The notes under the pieces are model-generated. The model ran no database searches. It saw only the letters and a program-made list of their open reading frames with translations, and was not told the DNA's origin. This document shows, piece by piece, positions 25,936 through 36,700 of a stretch of DNA of 57,014 bases (positions within the stretch are counted from its first letter, which is position 1; each line of letters opens with the position of its first letter). The stretch is from positions 1 to 57,014 of the forward strand of contig DATDYN010000059.1 of NCBI GenBank assembly GCA_035289005.1. Reading direction: 5' to 3'. The position numbers and the translations under genes were made by a program. Source of the stretch: Candidatus Nanoarchaeia archaeon (GTDB taxonomy: Archaea; Nanobdellota; Nanobdellia; Woesearchaeales; UBA12501).

Positions 25936-25981
25936 AAACCCAACCGCAGCAAGCTGCGGAGCATGATTGACTTGGGTTTTT
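25936..25981 (+). other. Nested hairpin ending in a T5 run (candidate small RNA or 5' leader/attenuator)
   Basis: aaacccaa (25936-43) pairs with ttgggttt (25972-79); inner hairpin ccgcagc-aa-gctgcgg at 25944-25959; T-run 25977-25981. Confidence 0.45.
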
Positions 25982-26088
25982 GGTATTTGTGATAGGTCAT
26001 TGCAAGCAACGAAGTATATCCCCATCACGAATAATCAAACATCAAGGCAACCATAAGCATTCAGCTGGATCAAAAGAGAGGGCAATAG

Positions 26089-26451
26089 ATGGCTGGTAAG
26101 AGAAAGATATTAGTGGTTGATGATGATCTTGAAGACCTTAAACTCATCACTGCTATCCTTAAAAAGAACAAATTATCAGTGCATTCTGCCACTAACGGCA
26201 AAGAAGCGCTTATCGCTGCGCAAAAAGCGCATTATGATATCATACTCATAGATCTTCTGATGCCTACGCTGTCAGGCTATGATGTAGTGAATCTTCTGCA
26301 TGAAAGGATCAATCATGGAACCCATATAATCTTCATATCAGTGATACCTAAGAATAAAGTCGACCTGAAGAATGTCGATGGATTCATACAGAAGCCTTTC
26401 AGCCCTGAAAGCATCATCAGGGGGATTAAAGAAGCGCTAAATAAAGCATGA
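26089..26451 (+). CDS. Stand-alone response-regulator receiver (CheY-like)
   Basis: 120-aa ORF; acidic pocket VVDDD, phospho-acceptor context IILIDLLMP, conserved Lys in QKPF; no output domain. Confidence 0.88.
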   Translation: MAGKRKILVVDDDLEDLKLITAILKKNKLSVHSATNGKEALIAAQKAHYDIILIDLLMPTLSGYDVVNLLHERINHGTHIIFISVIPKNKVDLKNVDGFIQKPFSPESIIRGIKEALNKA

Positions 26452-26825
26452 GGCAGAAGGATAATATGGCAAAGAAGATAATGGTTGTGGATGATGACGC
26501 GGATATCCGCTCCACGCTCAAGACCGTTCTTGAGAAGAACGGGTTTAAAGTCACTCTCGCAGTGAATGGTGATGATTGCCTGAAAAAGCTCAAGACAAGC
26601 AAGCCTGACGCGATCCTCAGCGATATCATGATGCCCGGAACCCAAGTCAGAGAGATGGTCAAACAGATCAAGAGCGTCCCTATCGCGTTCATAAGCGTTG
26701 TCCGGATGAGCGATATCGAGAAAGAAGAGCTGGGCAAGCAAAAAAACGTGAAAGATTACATACAAAAGCCTTTTGACTTGGATGACCTAATAAGAAGAGT
26801 CAAAAGATTAGTTGAAAACGAGTAA
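26448..26825 (+). CDS. Second stand-alone response-regulator receiver
   Basis: MVVDDDAD, AILSDIMMPG, IQKPF; ATGA overlap with the first receiver gene (alternative start ATG 26466). Confidence 0.88.
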   Translation: MRQKDNMAKKIMVVDDDADIRSTLKTVLEKNGFKVTLAVNGDDCLKKLKTSKPDAILSDIMMPGTQVREMVKQIKSVPIAFISVVRMSDIEKEELGKQKNVKDYIQKPFDLDDLIRRVKRLVENE

Positions 26826-26843
26826 AACAACAGATGTGCACTC

Positions 26844-27398
26844 ATGGATATAATAAAAGAACTTAAGAAAAACCAGACGATACTGCTGCTGGTTCCGGAT
26901 ACAGACTATAGCGAGGTAATCATCCAGATATCCAGGCAGCTGGCCGCGAAGAAGAACGTCTGCTATGTCACGCTGAACAAGACTTTCAATTCGCTGAAAG
27001 AGACTCTTGATAAGAAAAGAGTCAAGATCAAGCATATAGTATGGGTGGATGCTATCTCACGCACGATCACCGAGCGCCCGCCACAGACTGAAGGATGCTA
27101 TTTTGTCAGCTCTCCAAGCGCGCTCACAGAGCTCTCGCTGACGATTGACAGGTTCCTCAAGCACCATTTCGATTACCTGCTCTTCGATTCTGTCACAAAC
27201 CTGCTCATTTATCAGGACAAGGCCCCAGTCGCGAGATTCCTCTCGACTATCGTCAACAAGATAAAGGCCACAGACTGCAAAGCGATATTTTTCGCCCTGA
27301 AAGTTAAAGAGCATGAGACTTTAGTGCAGGAAGCAGGGATGTTCGTTGACAAAGTGATAGACCTCAGCAAGAGCTCTGGCAAAAGCAAGAACAAATAA
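26844..27398 (+). CDS. KaiC/RecA-superfamily-like protein lacking a Walker A motif (tentative)
   Basis: 184-aa ORF; strand-helix pattern LLLVPDTDYSEVIIQISRQL...VCYVTL...YLLFDSVTNLL...AIFFALK looks like a KaiC-like core, but PDTDYSE replaces GxxGxGK(T/S). Confidence 0.5.
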   Translation: MDIIKELKKNQTILLLVPDTDYSEVIIQISRQLAAKKNVCYVTLNKTFNSLKETLDKKRVKIKHIVWVDAISRTITERPPQTEGCYFVSSPSALTELSLTIDRFLKHHFDYLLFDSVTNLLIYQDKAPVARFLSTIVNKIKATDCKAIFFALKVKEHETLVQEAGMFVDKVIDLSKSSGKSKNK

Positions 27399-27480
27399 GG
27401 ATTGTAGAGCTATATTGAAAATGCTGAAGATATCCGATTATTGAACATAAAGAATTCTTCTGAGGAGAAAGAGGGATCAC

Positions 27481-28878
27481 ATGAAACTCAGCACAATACT
27501 CATGTTGGCTTTCGTCACATTGACCCTCATAAGCACCGCAGGATTCTACACCTCTTTCAGACAGAGCGAAAACATCGCCATAGAGATTGTGCAGAAAGAC
27601 GCCATAGTGCTTGCCATGGAGATAGCTGACAAGATAGATCAGTTCATCTACCACCATATCGAGAATTTCAAGACATATTCCAAGTATAGGCTTTTGCGCC
27701 AGGAGATCATGCGATCAAACGAGGAATTTGAACACATGCAGAGCAGAGAAGCTTCCATCGCCTTGCAGGATGAAGCGTGGAAGAATGCCCCTAAAGATAA
27801 TATAACAAGCCTCATGAAGGATCTTCTGGATAATGACCTTTCAAAAGAATTGAAGGGCAGAAAGGATTTCTTAGAGAAAGAGCACGGCCATGCTATCTAT
27901 GGGGAGATCTTCGTGACAAACAAGTACGGCGTGATTGTCGGCCTCACAGGAAGGACAAGCGACTATCTGCAGAGCGATGAAGAATGGTGGCAGAAGACAA
28001 TGAAAGAAGGATTATTCATCAAAGATATAGGATATGATGAGAGCGCAGGAATTTATGCTGTGAACCTGCACCTGAGGATTGACAATGAGAGCGGAGAGCC
28101 TATCGGAGTGTTGAAGGCAGTCCTAAGCATCGATGAGATAATAAATATGCTTGAAGATATCGGTAACGTTGAAGAGCATAAGATAGAAGGGAGATATTTC
28201 TGGGTCATCAGTGAGGAAGGGGTGCTGATCGTCTCAACCGATCCAAGAGCGTTCTTCACGACAGAAAAGCCTGAGCAGTTCAGCAGCCTCAAAGACACAG
28301 AATTATTCAGAGGATTGACTGAAGAGCGAGGGATAATGACCATCGCAGGACATGAAGATGGAGGGGAAGAGGAACGCCTTGCTTATTCAAGAACAACAGG
28401 ATACATGGAGTTCAAAAGCCTGAGATGGATAATAATAGTGGAGAATAAAGGCAACGTGTTCTTTGAAGCGATAAATGCTCTCGAGACAAGGACTGGAATT
28501 ATAGCTCTCTGCGTGATCATTCTCAGCATAATAGTGGGTATAGCCACTGCAAGAATCGTCTCGAATAATCTCAAGAAGATAACTTTCGCTGTCGATGAGA
28601 TAAGCAAAGGGAACTTCTACATCAATCTACAGAAAGGTGGCATTGAAGAGGTAAACGCGCTGATAGACTCAATGTCTAGGATCATGATCACGCTGAAGAT
28701 ATCTGTGCTGCGAACTAAAGGAGTGGAGCAAGAGGAGAAATCTCCTGAAATCTCTGGCAAAGAGGCTACGGATAAGATCAAGAGTTCTGGAGACAAGACA
28801 GGAGATACTGCGCTGGAATATCCTTTGACCCAATTAAAGAAAAGTGTAAAGAAGACACTCGCTAAAAAGCGCAGATAA
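27481..28878 (+). CDS. Membrane sensor: N-terminal TM, Cache/PDC-like extracytoplasmic domain, second TM, HAMP domain, no recognisable output domain
   Basis: 465-aa ORF; TM1 LSTILMLAFVTLTLISTAGF; Cache-like YGEIFVTNKYGVIVGLTGRTSDYLQSDEEWWQ; TM2 IIALCVIILSIIVGIATARIV; HAMP-like NNLKKITFAVDEISKGNFYINL...EVNALIDSMSRIM; about 70-aa charged tail. Confidence 0.7.
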   Translation: MKLSTILMLAFVTLTLISTAGFYTSFRQSENIAIEIVQKDAIVLAMEIADKIDQFIYHHIENFKTYSKYRLLRQEIMRSNEEFEHMQSREASIALQDEAWKNAPKDNITSLMKDLLDNDLSKELKGRKDFLEKEHGHAIYGEIFVTNKYGVIVGLTGRTSDYLQSDEEWWQKTMKEGLFIKDIGYDESAGIYAVNLHLRIDNESGEPIGVLKAVLSIDEIINMLEDIGNVEEHKIEGRYFWVISEEGVLIVSTDPRAFFTTEKPEQFSSLKDTELFRGLTEERGIMTIAGHEDGGEEERLAYSRTTGYMEFKSLRWIIIVENKGNVFFEAINALETRTGIIALCVIILSIIVGIATARIVSNNLKKITFAVDEISKGNFYINLQKGGIEEVNALIDSMSRIMITLKISVLRTKGVEQEEKSPEISGKEATDKIKSSGDKTGDTALEYPLTQLKKSVKKTLAKKRR

Positions 28879-28935
28879 GCAAAGATTAGTTCTTATTGGA
28901 TCAGCATATGCCAAAGATAGTTATCAGGGGCAGAA

Positions 28936-29502
28936 TCAGGGGATCCTTCTGAGCCTGCGCAGCATGTAATTCTGCGACGCGTCATGCTCTGTTTTTCCGT
29001 CTCTGCTGTCACCGCTTATCGCTCCTAGAGATAACGGCTTCTGGTCAAGCACGACTGCCTGCGCTTTCTCTCTCTGGAAATCACCGATCTTCTTGCATTC
29101 CTCTTTAAGCTGCAACTCTGAAGTGTTCATCTCTTCCTCAGAGAGCTGTTTCGGCTGCCACTGGAAATTCAGGCCATCGCCTTCTCTCCTAGGGATAAGA
29201 TTGACCATGACATGCGCGGCTTCCTGGCCTGCGGCAATCCCGTTCGTTATGAGGACATTAGTGCCGTGGGCGCGCAGCCTGTCGAAAAGGACTGTGGATA
29301 TCTTATTCATTGCGGAAAACATTGAAGCGACAATGAAATCAGGCACTTGCTCAAAGATAGGATAATGATGTTTAGGCATCACAAGGATATGGCCGAGCGC
29401 GGCTGGAGCTGGCTCAAGGATAGCGACGCAATACTCATCTTCGTAAAGCTTGCGCACATTCTGCGCGCGTATCAGGTCGCAAAATACGCATCCTTCAGCC
29501 AT
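28936..29502 (-). CDS. HIT-superfamily-like protein with degenerate histidine triad (HVMVNLI)
   Basis: 188-aa ORF; CVFCDLI...VAILEPAPAALGHILVMPKHH N-terminal HIT fold motifs; the triad position reads AAHVMVNLIPR (29194-29214). Confidence 0.8.
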   Translation of the reverse strand: MAEGCVFCDLIRAQNVRKLYEDEYCVAILEPAPAALGHILVMPKHHYPIFEQVPDFIVASMFSAMNKISTVLFDRLRAHGTNVLITNGIAAGQEAAHVMVNLIPRREGDGLNFQWQPKQLSEEEMNTSELQLKEECKKIGDFQREKAQAVVLDQKPLSLGAISGDSRDGKTEHDASQNYMLRRLRRIP

Positions 29503-30535
29503 TGTCCCTCCCGAAAGGATTCACTCCGAACAATCCCGCGATCTTATCAAGGTCTGAAAGCTCTTTGCCAGTAGCGTCCTCATGCTCAGGCTCTTGTCCG
29601 GGACTGCCTTCTTCACTCTGAAGAGCATTCTGCGACGAGGATTTTCCAGAAGATTGCGGAACCTGCTGAGACCTAGAACCTTGCTCTGAGTCTCTCGCGC
29701 CTGAATTCTCTGTTCTTGACTTTGGTCTCGCTGATGAAGAGCCGCTGATCTTCTCCTCAAGCTTCCCTTCATCGGGCTTTTCCTCGGCATTGTCTGGCTG
29801 CTCTGTATTGATCTCATCAGAATCCTTACCAGAATCTTTATCTCTCCCCACCACAGAATCTTTATCGCTCTTCTTACTAGAATCCTTATCGCTTCCTTTA
29901 CTCATATCCTTATCTGATGCGGAATCTTTAGCTGCTCCATGTCCTTGTCCTGATTTCACTTCCTGCTCAGTCTGCCTGCTTTCAGGATTCTTCAAACCGA
30001 ACGCCGTATCTATCGCATCCTTGAGCGCGTCATCAACCTGCTTCAGCTGCTCAGGAGGTATCTGCTTATGGGGGGTCCTAAGGACTTCAACGCCGTCCTT
30101 CTCTTTCCTGGGGATGATATGGATCATGACATGAGGAGCGCGCTGTCCAGCGATTCCTCCATTCGCGATGAAAATACTGGTTCCTTCAGCCTTGAAGGCT
30201 CTCAGGCAGGCATGCGAGATCCCTTTAGTGACCATGGCGAGATGCCTGACAAGATCATCAGGAAGCTGAGGCATAACCATTACATGCTCTCTCGGAAGAA
30301 GGAGCACATGGCCGGGATTCGCGGGATTGATATCAAGCACAGCGACGCATTTATCGTCCTCAAATACTCTTTTAGCGGGGATCCTTCCAGTAATTATATG
30401 GCAGAATACGCAATTCTTCTTCTGGAGCTCAGCTATCTGCTCAGCAGACATATTCTGCAATTCAGCCTCTGTGAGTTCCGCCATCATCCCTCTTTTGGCA
30501 GCAGCGCTTGCATTTACGGCAGCCGCCTTATTCAA
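29495..30535 (-). CDS. HIT-superfamily-like protein with degenerate histidine triad (HVMIHII) and ~160-aa disordered Ser/Asp/Lys/Glu-rich tail
   Basis: 346-aa ORF; CVFCHIITGRIPAKRVFEDDKCVAVLDINPANPGHVLLLPREH; the triad position reads APHVMIHIIPR (30113-30133); 8-nt overlap with the downstream paralogue. Confidence 0.8.
   Translation of the reverse strand: MNKAAAVNASAAAKRGMMAELTEAELQNMSAEQIAELQKKNCVFCHIITGRIPAKRVFEDDKCVAVLDINPANPGHVLLLPREHVMVMPQLPDDLVRHLAMVTKGISHACLRAFKAEGTSIFIANGGIAGQRAPHVMIHIIPRKEKDGVEVLRTPHKQIPPEQLKQVDDALKDAIDTAFGLKNPESRQTEQEVKSGQGHGAAKDSASDKDMSKGSDKDSSKKSDKDSVVGRDKDSGKDSDEINTEQPDNAEEKPDEGKLEEKISGSSSARPKSRTENSGARDSEQGSRSQQVPQSSGKSSSQNALQSEEGSPGQEPEHEDATGKELSDLDKIAGLFGVNPFGRDNG
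29815..29935. repeat. Irregular short repeats (gaatcyttatc units) inside the HIT tail coding region
   Basis: Units at about 29820, 29832, 29856, 29880 and 29921 encode repeated DKDS/KDSD peptides. Confidence 0.5.
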
Positions 30536-30562
30536 ACAGACTTAAACTACTAGGGGGCAAGA

Positions 30563-30575
30563 CTATTTATTAAGG
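30563..30575 (-). promoter_or_regulatory. TATA box for the HIT-like gene pair
   Basis: CCTTAATAAATAG on the minus strand, centred about 30 nt upstream of ATG 30535. Confidence 0.45.
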
Positions 30576-30588
30576 TTGCGCTTAAAAA

Positions 30589-30632
30589 GGCGATGTCCTG
30601 AATGCTTAATAAGAGGGATTCAGGACATCGCC
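30589..30632. promoter_or_regulatory. Perfect 15-bp inverted repeat (GGCGATGTCCTGAAT-N14-ATTCAGGACATCGCC) between the divergent HIT and giant-gene promoters
   Basis: Arms at 30589-30603 and 30618-30632; each arm ends about 14 nt from a flanking TATA box; the same 14-15-mer recurs at 110-123 and 23524-23538. Confidence 0.75.
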
Positions 30633-30646
30633 CTATCCATCAAAAA

Positions 30647-30658
30647 CTTTATATATAC
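30647..30658 (+). promoter_or_regulatory. TATA box for the giant surface-protein gene
   Basis: CTTTATATATAC; about 70 nt upstream of the GTG at 30727. Confidence 0.5.
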
Positions 30659-30726
30659 TCGTCCCGACTAGCTCACTGACGGAAGCACGTCTACAAAGAT
30701 GTGAGAGCGATTCCTTCAATAGAACA

Positions 30727-33700
30727 GTGCGAGGAAGCAGCTTGAAAGGGGCAAAAAGGGGAAGGGATACATTGAATAGTAGACATAAGCTTCTTGCAGC
30801 TCTCTTTCTTGCTATCATAAGCATGTCATTATTCTCTATATTCGCGCAGTCCGCGAACATAATGCTCGCTGAGCTGATAAGCAGCGAGAGCAATAAAGAA
30901 TCTGAGAACCCCGCCATAGCAATAGACAATATTGATCGTCTTCATATGGTATGGGAGGAGTCTGGAAGCACGTCCTCATCCCTGACAGGACAGCAAGGGC
31001 TGCCTGAGACAGGTCATGATAGCGACATATTCTACAAGTACAAGAAGAACAGCTCTCTGGCCGCGAAGACCTACTCAAGCACAGAAGGAAGGATTGTCGG
31101 AGGACTGCAGATAGTCAGCAATGACAGCGCGATGCAATCGCAACGCCCTGCAATCGCGACAGATTCAAGAGGGCTGGCGCACATCGTCTGGGAAGAGCTT
31201 GCGCAGCCTATTAAGATAATAGCTGACGCTAACACTACATTCTTAGTGAGATTTGACGGTTCCACTGACGCTAATTATTCCGCAGGGACAGACGTCCCAT
31301 CTGTCCAAGAGGATATCACTTTCAACAATGACGGAGCGATCAATAAGAGCGTGACGATCTCTACACTGACTGGAAGATTAGTGTATCCCGCGAGCGGCAA
31401 TGTGAATAACAACATAGGCACTGTGGAATTCTGGTTCAGGCCTGAATACACAAGCAAAGATCACGGGCTGCTCTCCTCGACAGTATTGTTCCAGCTATAC
31501 AACAGCGACACAGAAAAGATAACTGCCCGTCTGATCATCTCAAAGAATAGGTTCTACCTTAAGACATCGATAAACAATGACAACGACAATGGCTTGCTCT
31601 TCGCTCCTGCCGACAGATTCTTTCCCTGGAGCAAGAATGAATGGCACCATTTCGCGCTGACTTATGATTTTGACGCTAACAGGTACAAGATGTACGCCGA
31701 TGGGGACCTTATAGCGCAGAACCTGTCCGCGATATTCATCCAGCCAGCATTGAGCTCAGGAAATATAACTCTAGGAAATACTGTCGGAAGGAACGCCGGA
31801 ACTAAAACCACAATTGATGAATTCAGGATAATGAGCAATGTGCTTTCCGCCGCGGAGATAAAGGAAGACGCCTCTAACAGGAGTATACAGTACAAGAGAG
31901 TGAACATCAGTGATGACGAGAAAGGCCCTCAATGGTCAGCTCAGGAACAGGTCTCTCTCCCTTCAGACACTAATCTGTCTTATGCGCCAAGCATCGCTCT
32001 GGGAGCTGATAACTCGATATATGTGGTATGGAATAGCATGCATAATACCTCTTCCATGGATGTCCTTTACAGGCGCAAGAACACGACGTCCTGGTCGAAT
32101 ATAGAAGTCGTCTCAAATGTCAGCAAGATCGCTTTGATGCCTGATATCGCTGTCGACAATAGGAACGCGTCGCTTGTCGTCTGGCAGGATTTCACTAACG
32201 CATCATTGTCATTGAGTATGATCGTGTTCGCGAACAGGAGTTCGACAGGGGTGTGGAGCGATTATGAGAATGTAAGCAATGTCTCTCACGCGAGCGATGA
32301 TCCGGCTGATATCATCAATTGGGTGGAAGAGGCGCAAACAACAACTATATCAAAGCCGCGCATAATCCTTGACAATCAGAGCAGGGTGCATATCGCATGG
32401 TCAGACACCAATATCTATCCCAGAGACAACCTTATATTCTTTGCGCCGTATGATAGAGATTTCAACGCCACAATAGCTGGAGGGAATGGCACCGGATTCA
32501 TATCTTCAGGCACAACACCAGATATTCTCAGAGGAAGAAACGCGACGGAATATAACATCGTGAATTATGATTCGCTGAACGGCGCATTCATCAATGAGAC
32601 AGACTATCTCAATTATTCAAGCGCGGGAAATTTCAACGCGTCAATGGGAGCTATTGCTGCCTGGATAAAGCTTGACTGGAACGCTTCCATGTCATTGACT
32701 GACCTGAAAACCCACACGATACTAGCGGCACAGTCAGAAGATACCTCGATATCAGACAGCAATATATTTCAGTTCGGCATTATCGCGAATTCAGGCACGC
32801 TTTATCTCCTGATGCTGATAAGAGACAGTTCAGGCACTGCGTTCGCGGTGTCAGGAGGAAATTCAAACCTGTCTGAATGGAACTATAGAGAATGGCATCA
32901 TGTGGGAGCGTCCTGGAACGTCAACAATAGCTTAGGGCAGCGTGAGATTGACCTCTTTGTTGACGGAGTCGAAGTGACTAATGTGAGCATAACCCCTGAC
33001 AGCACTGCCCCTATAGATATCCTGCAACCGACAAGACTAATCATCGGCGCGGATTATGATAAGGATAACGAACTTTACCGTAATCAGCTGAATGGGACGA
33101 TCGATGACCTTATGATATTCAACACTACAATGGAGGCATGGCAGTTCAACGCATTGAAAGACCATCTTCCAGTGATATTGCATAGGCGGAAAGACAACAC
33201 AGGATGGTCCAGGGTCAATCTTGTGAGCAACCAGAGCAAATACGCGGCGCTTGTCCCGAATCTCGCAGAATCAGGGAATAGGATATACCTCACTTGGGCT
33301 GAAGAGTTCTCCCCTTACACGTTCAATAGCACGGATTACCGCTATGGGGGATTCTCAAAGATACAGTATGCTATCTACAACAAGACAAGCGCGAGAATCA
33401 CAAATCTAGGGACACTGAATGATGAAAGCCTGAAAGACGCCTCAAATCCTGACATCACTGCGAATGAGAGCAAGATCTATTTCATCTGGGAGGATGACAG
33501 CGAGATAATGGGCACTGACTCAGATATATACTTTAGGGAGATCACCAACACATCACTGCCATTGGTTGCTGTAGGATATCCTGCTGGGGGAGAGACATTC
33601 ACTGGAGATTTCATAGTTAACGCGACAGCGGCAGATGAGGATTCAACCATAAACAATCTGACTTTCTATTATACAGGGAATAACGGCCTCAATGGGGAAT

Positions 33701-36700
33701 TCATCTGCGATGACGCAACGAGCCCTTACTCATGCACGTGGAAGATAGCTTCAGTATCAGAAGATTATTATTCTGTCAAGGTCATCGCGAACAGCGATGA
33801 TGGAGGAAGAGGGACTAACATCAGCAAGCTTTCCTATATAGACAGCAATCCTAATGTGAGGTTATACAGGATCAATGAGTCAGGGAATACTCTTGGAAAC
33901 CACAAAGCATTCCAGAGAGGATATCTTGAGGCTAATGAGACCAAGGCGAACATAAGCTTGGGCACAGAGATGGGCTCTGAAGCCTCTCAGCAACAGCTTA
34001 CTGCTGCCTCATCCTCGGATGCAAATTACTGGAACACCTCCCTGAAACCTACATCTTGCCAAGGGCAGTTTTATTATTATAATAATCAGATCTTCAAGTT
34101 CATCATCAATGAGAGCGCTGATGATATCAGCAGCATGAAGATGAACTGGAGAGGGTACGGACAGATCAACGGCTTATTATCTGACATGAACACATCGATC
34201 TTCATCTGGAACAGCGCTTCAGGGATATGGGAGCTCATCTATGAGGAGCTGCCCACTGAAGTGAAAGACATAGCTGTCTCGCATACAATCTCCTCTAATT
34301 TCGGGAATTACCTCAACGGGACAGATAACGCGTTCTTCATACTCGCGCAGACAAGGGAATGGGCGCTCTGCATAGGAGGCGGTTGTCCAAGATATTCTTC
34401 CTGGAACAGCATCACTGGAAAATATGAATTTGAGAGCGATGGAATCATAGGCATGCTCAACAGCAAGATGAATAAGAAGACTTACGACAGGCTGGATATG
34501 CTCACTGCTTCACGGAAAGCTGTTGAAGAGCATGGGAAGAAGGATGACGCATCAGAAGAAAAAGAGGCCAATCCAGAGAATGACTCTGACAAGATAAGAA
34601 TAATGATAAGCGAGAACGCTCCTGAGACGGCGTTCATGGATTATTCCTCGCTGATCATCGCGACACATCCTGAAAGGACTCAAGTCCTGCTGGACAGCTC
34701 AGGAATCCCCCATACGATAAGAGAAGAGGATATACAGGGAGTTCAATGCAGAGATAAGGCAAGAAGAGACTGCACTGCGCTTGTGGCTTCAGCTGATGAC
34801 AGGCCAAGAATTGCGGCTCCATCCACTATGAATGGCCTTGCTGGCGGAAGATCCCCTGCAGACATCCATCATTCAGAGAAATCCTGGGTCAGCGATATCT
34901 CATCGATAGATCCTTGGAAGACGGCAAGCGAGGACAATGGTAAGAAGACATCAGAGGAAGAGGGTTCTTCAGTCGAAGATGATGGGCTTGAAGATTATAT
35001 AGAGATAACTCTTCCTGAGAATCGCAGAAACAGTAAGATGGCTAAACTCATCGTCAGCGCAAGCGAAACAGGATTCAAGAGCTTCGCTGAGAATGAGATC
35101 GCAGAGATATTGAAGAAAGTATTAGGATATGGCTCAATAGGGCTAGCTTATTCCCTGCAGGAAGAGGAGCCTTACGCAGGCATTGTCCGCAGTCAGGTGC
35201 GGCGGTCAAACATGATGAGCATAAAGATGAAAGACGAGGAAGAAAGATGGATGCCTTATCCCGGGCTTGAAGAGGGAGCGAGCGATTACAAGACTATGGT
35301 CTTCCCGATAAACCTTTCTTTGCTAAATGATGATAGGCTAAGGATACAGACTGGAACATTGACTCATTATATCGATCATGTAGGGATAGATTACGCGCCT
35401 GATGAAGAAGTGACTCTGAAGACCGTACAACCAAGACAGCAGGAACTTTCAGAGATGGATGACAGGAAAGAGATCATCATAAGCTATCCTGACAGCATCG
35501 GGCTGGTCTTCGATCCGCCACAGGTTCTGGATGAGGAAAGAAGCAAATCAAGAACTTACTTCCTTGCCACAGCCGGATATTATCATCCCGGAGAACTGGA
35601 AAGCCAGACTGATAATGATGAGAATCTGATATCAAAATCTGTGGCCAGAGCCAAAGCTCTTGCCGCGCTGCTCAAGAACAATCTTTCCCGCAGGATGATA
35701 CTTGAGGATTCTTTCGGAGAACGCTACCTGCTTGACAGGTATATCCATCTGAAGAATGCAAGCTTCAATATGTCGTCAAATCCTGAGAATGCGAGAATGA
35801 ATACGATGTACACGAACATGATCAGCGTTGTCGTGTCGACATGCACTATACCTTTTGACGGCATGACAATCGCGCAGAATACCTCGTTATGCCCAGGGAT
35901 ATACAACATACCTAATGATGATCCGATAAATAATCCTGCGGTCGTGAGGATAACAGGCAAGACCGGCCTGAGGCTCAACTGCAATGGAGCAACGCTAATC
36001 GGAGGATGCACAGAACCTGAGAAAGGGCAATGCGCAGGCAGCGGAGTGGGAATAGGCATCAACTATTCTACTGATATAGAGGTCACGAACTGTAATATAA
36101 CTGGATATGAGATCGCGATAGGCGCAAACGCCTCTTCAGGGATAATGATAAAAGACAGCGAAGTCAGAGGCAATTATGTCGGGATAGGATTTGAGGGGAC
36201 AAACTCGAGCACTGTCAGGAACAATACGATAAGCGAGAGCGGATATGTGGGGTTCGGAGGGGTTCTCTACAATTACAATGATATCGTTATCAATAATTCT
36301 TTCTTCAAGAATTTCGTCGCCATAGGGATAAGCAACACCTATTCAAGCGCTTTCGAGAACAATTATATCAACCAATCCTGCGACAGGATCTCTAGCGGAG
36401 ACTATGCCTGCTCAAGGTCAACAATAGTGCCAGTAGGCGCGATAGCTGTGCAGAAGAATTCTAATGGGAATACGATAAAGAACAACACGATATTCGGAGG
36501 CCTGCTAGGCATAGGCCTTGTAGACGCTTCGATAATCATCCCAGGGAGCGAAAGCCTTCCTTCGGGAATCGACAACAATTTCAGCAGGAATGCTGTCAAT
36601 GGCACAGCGCTGTTCGGGATAGGGATATTGAGCGCATACAACCAGGATTACTATAACTATTTCGGACAGGACAATACGGTGAATGGGGAGATCACCCATT

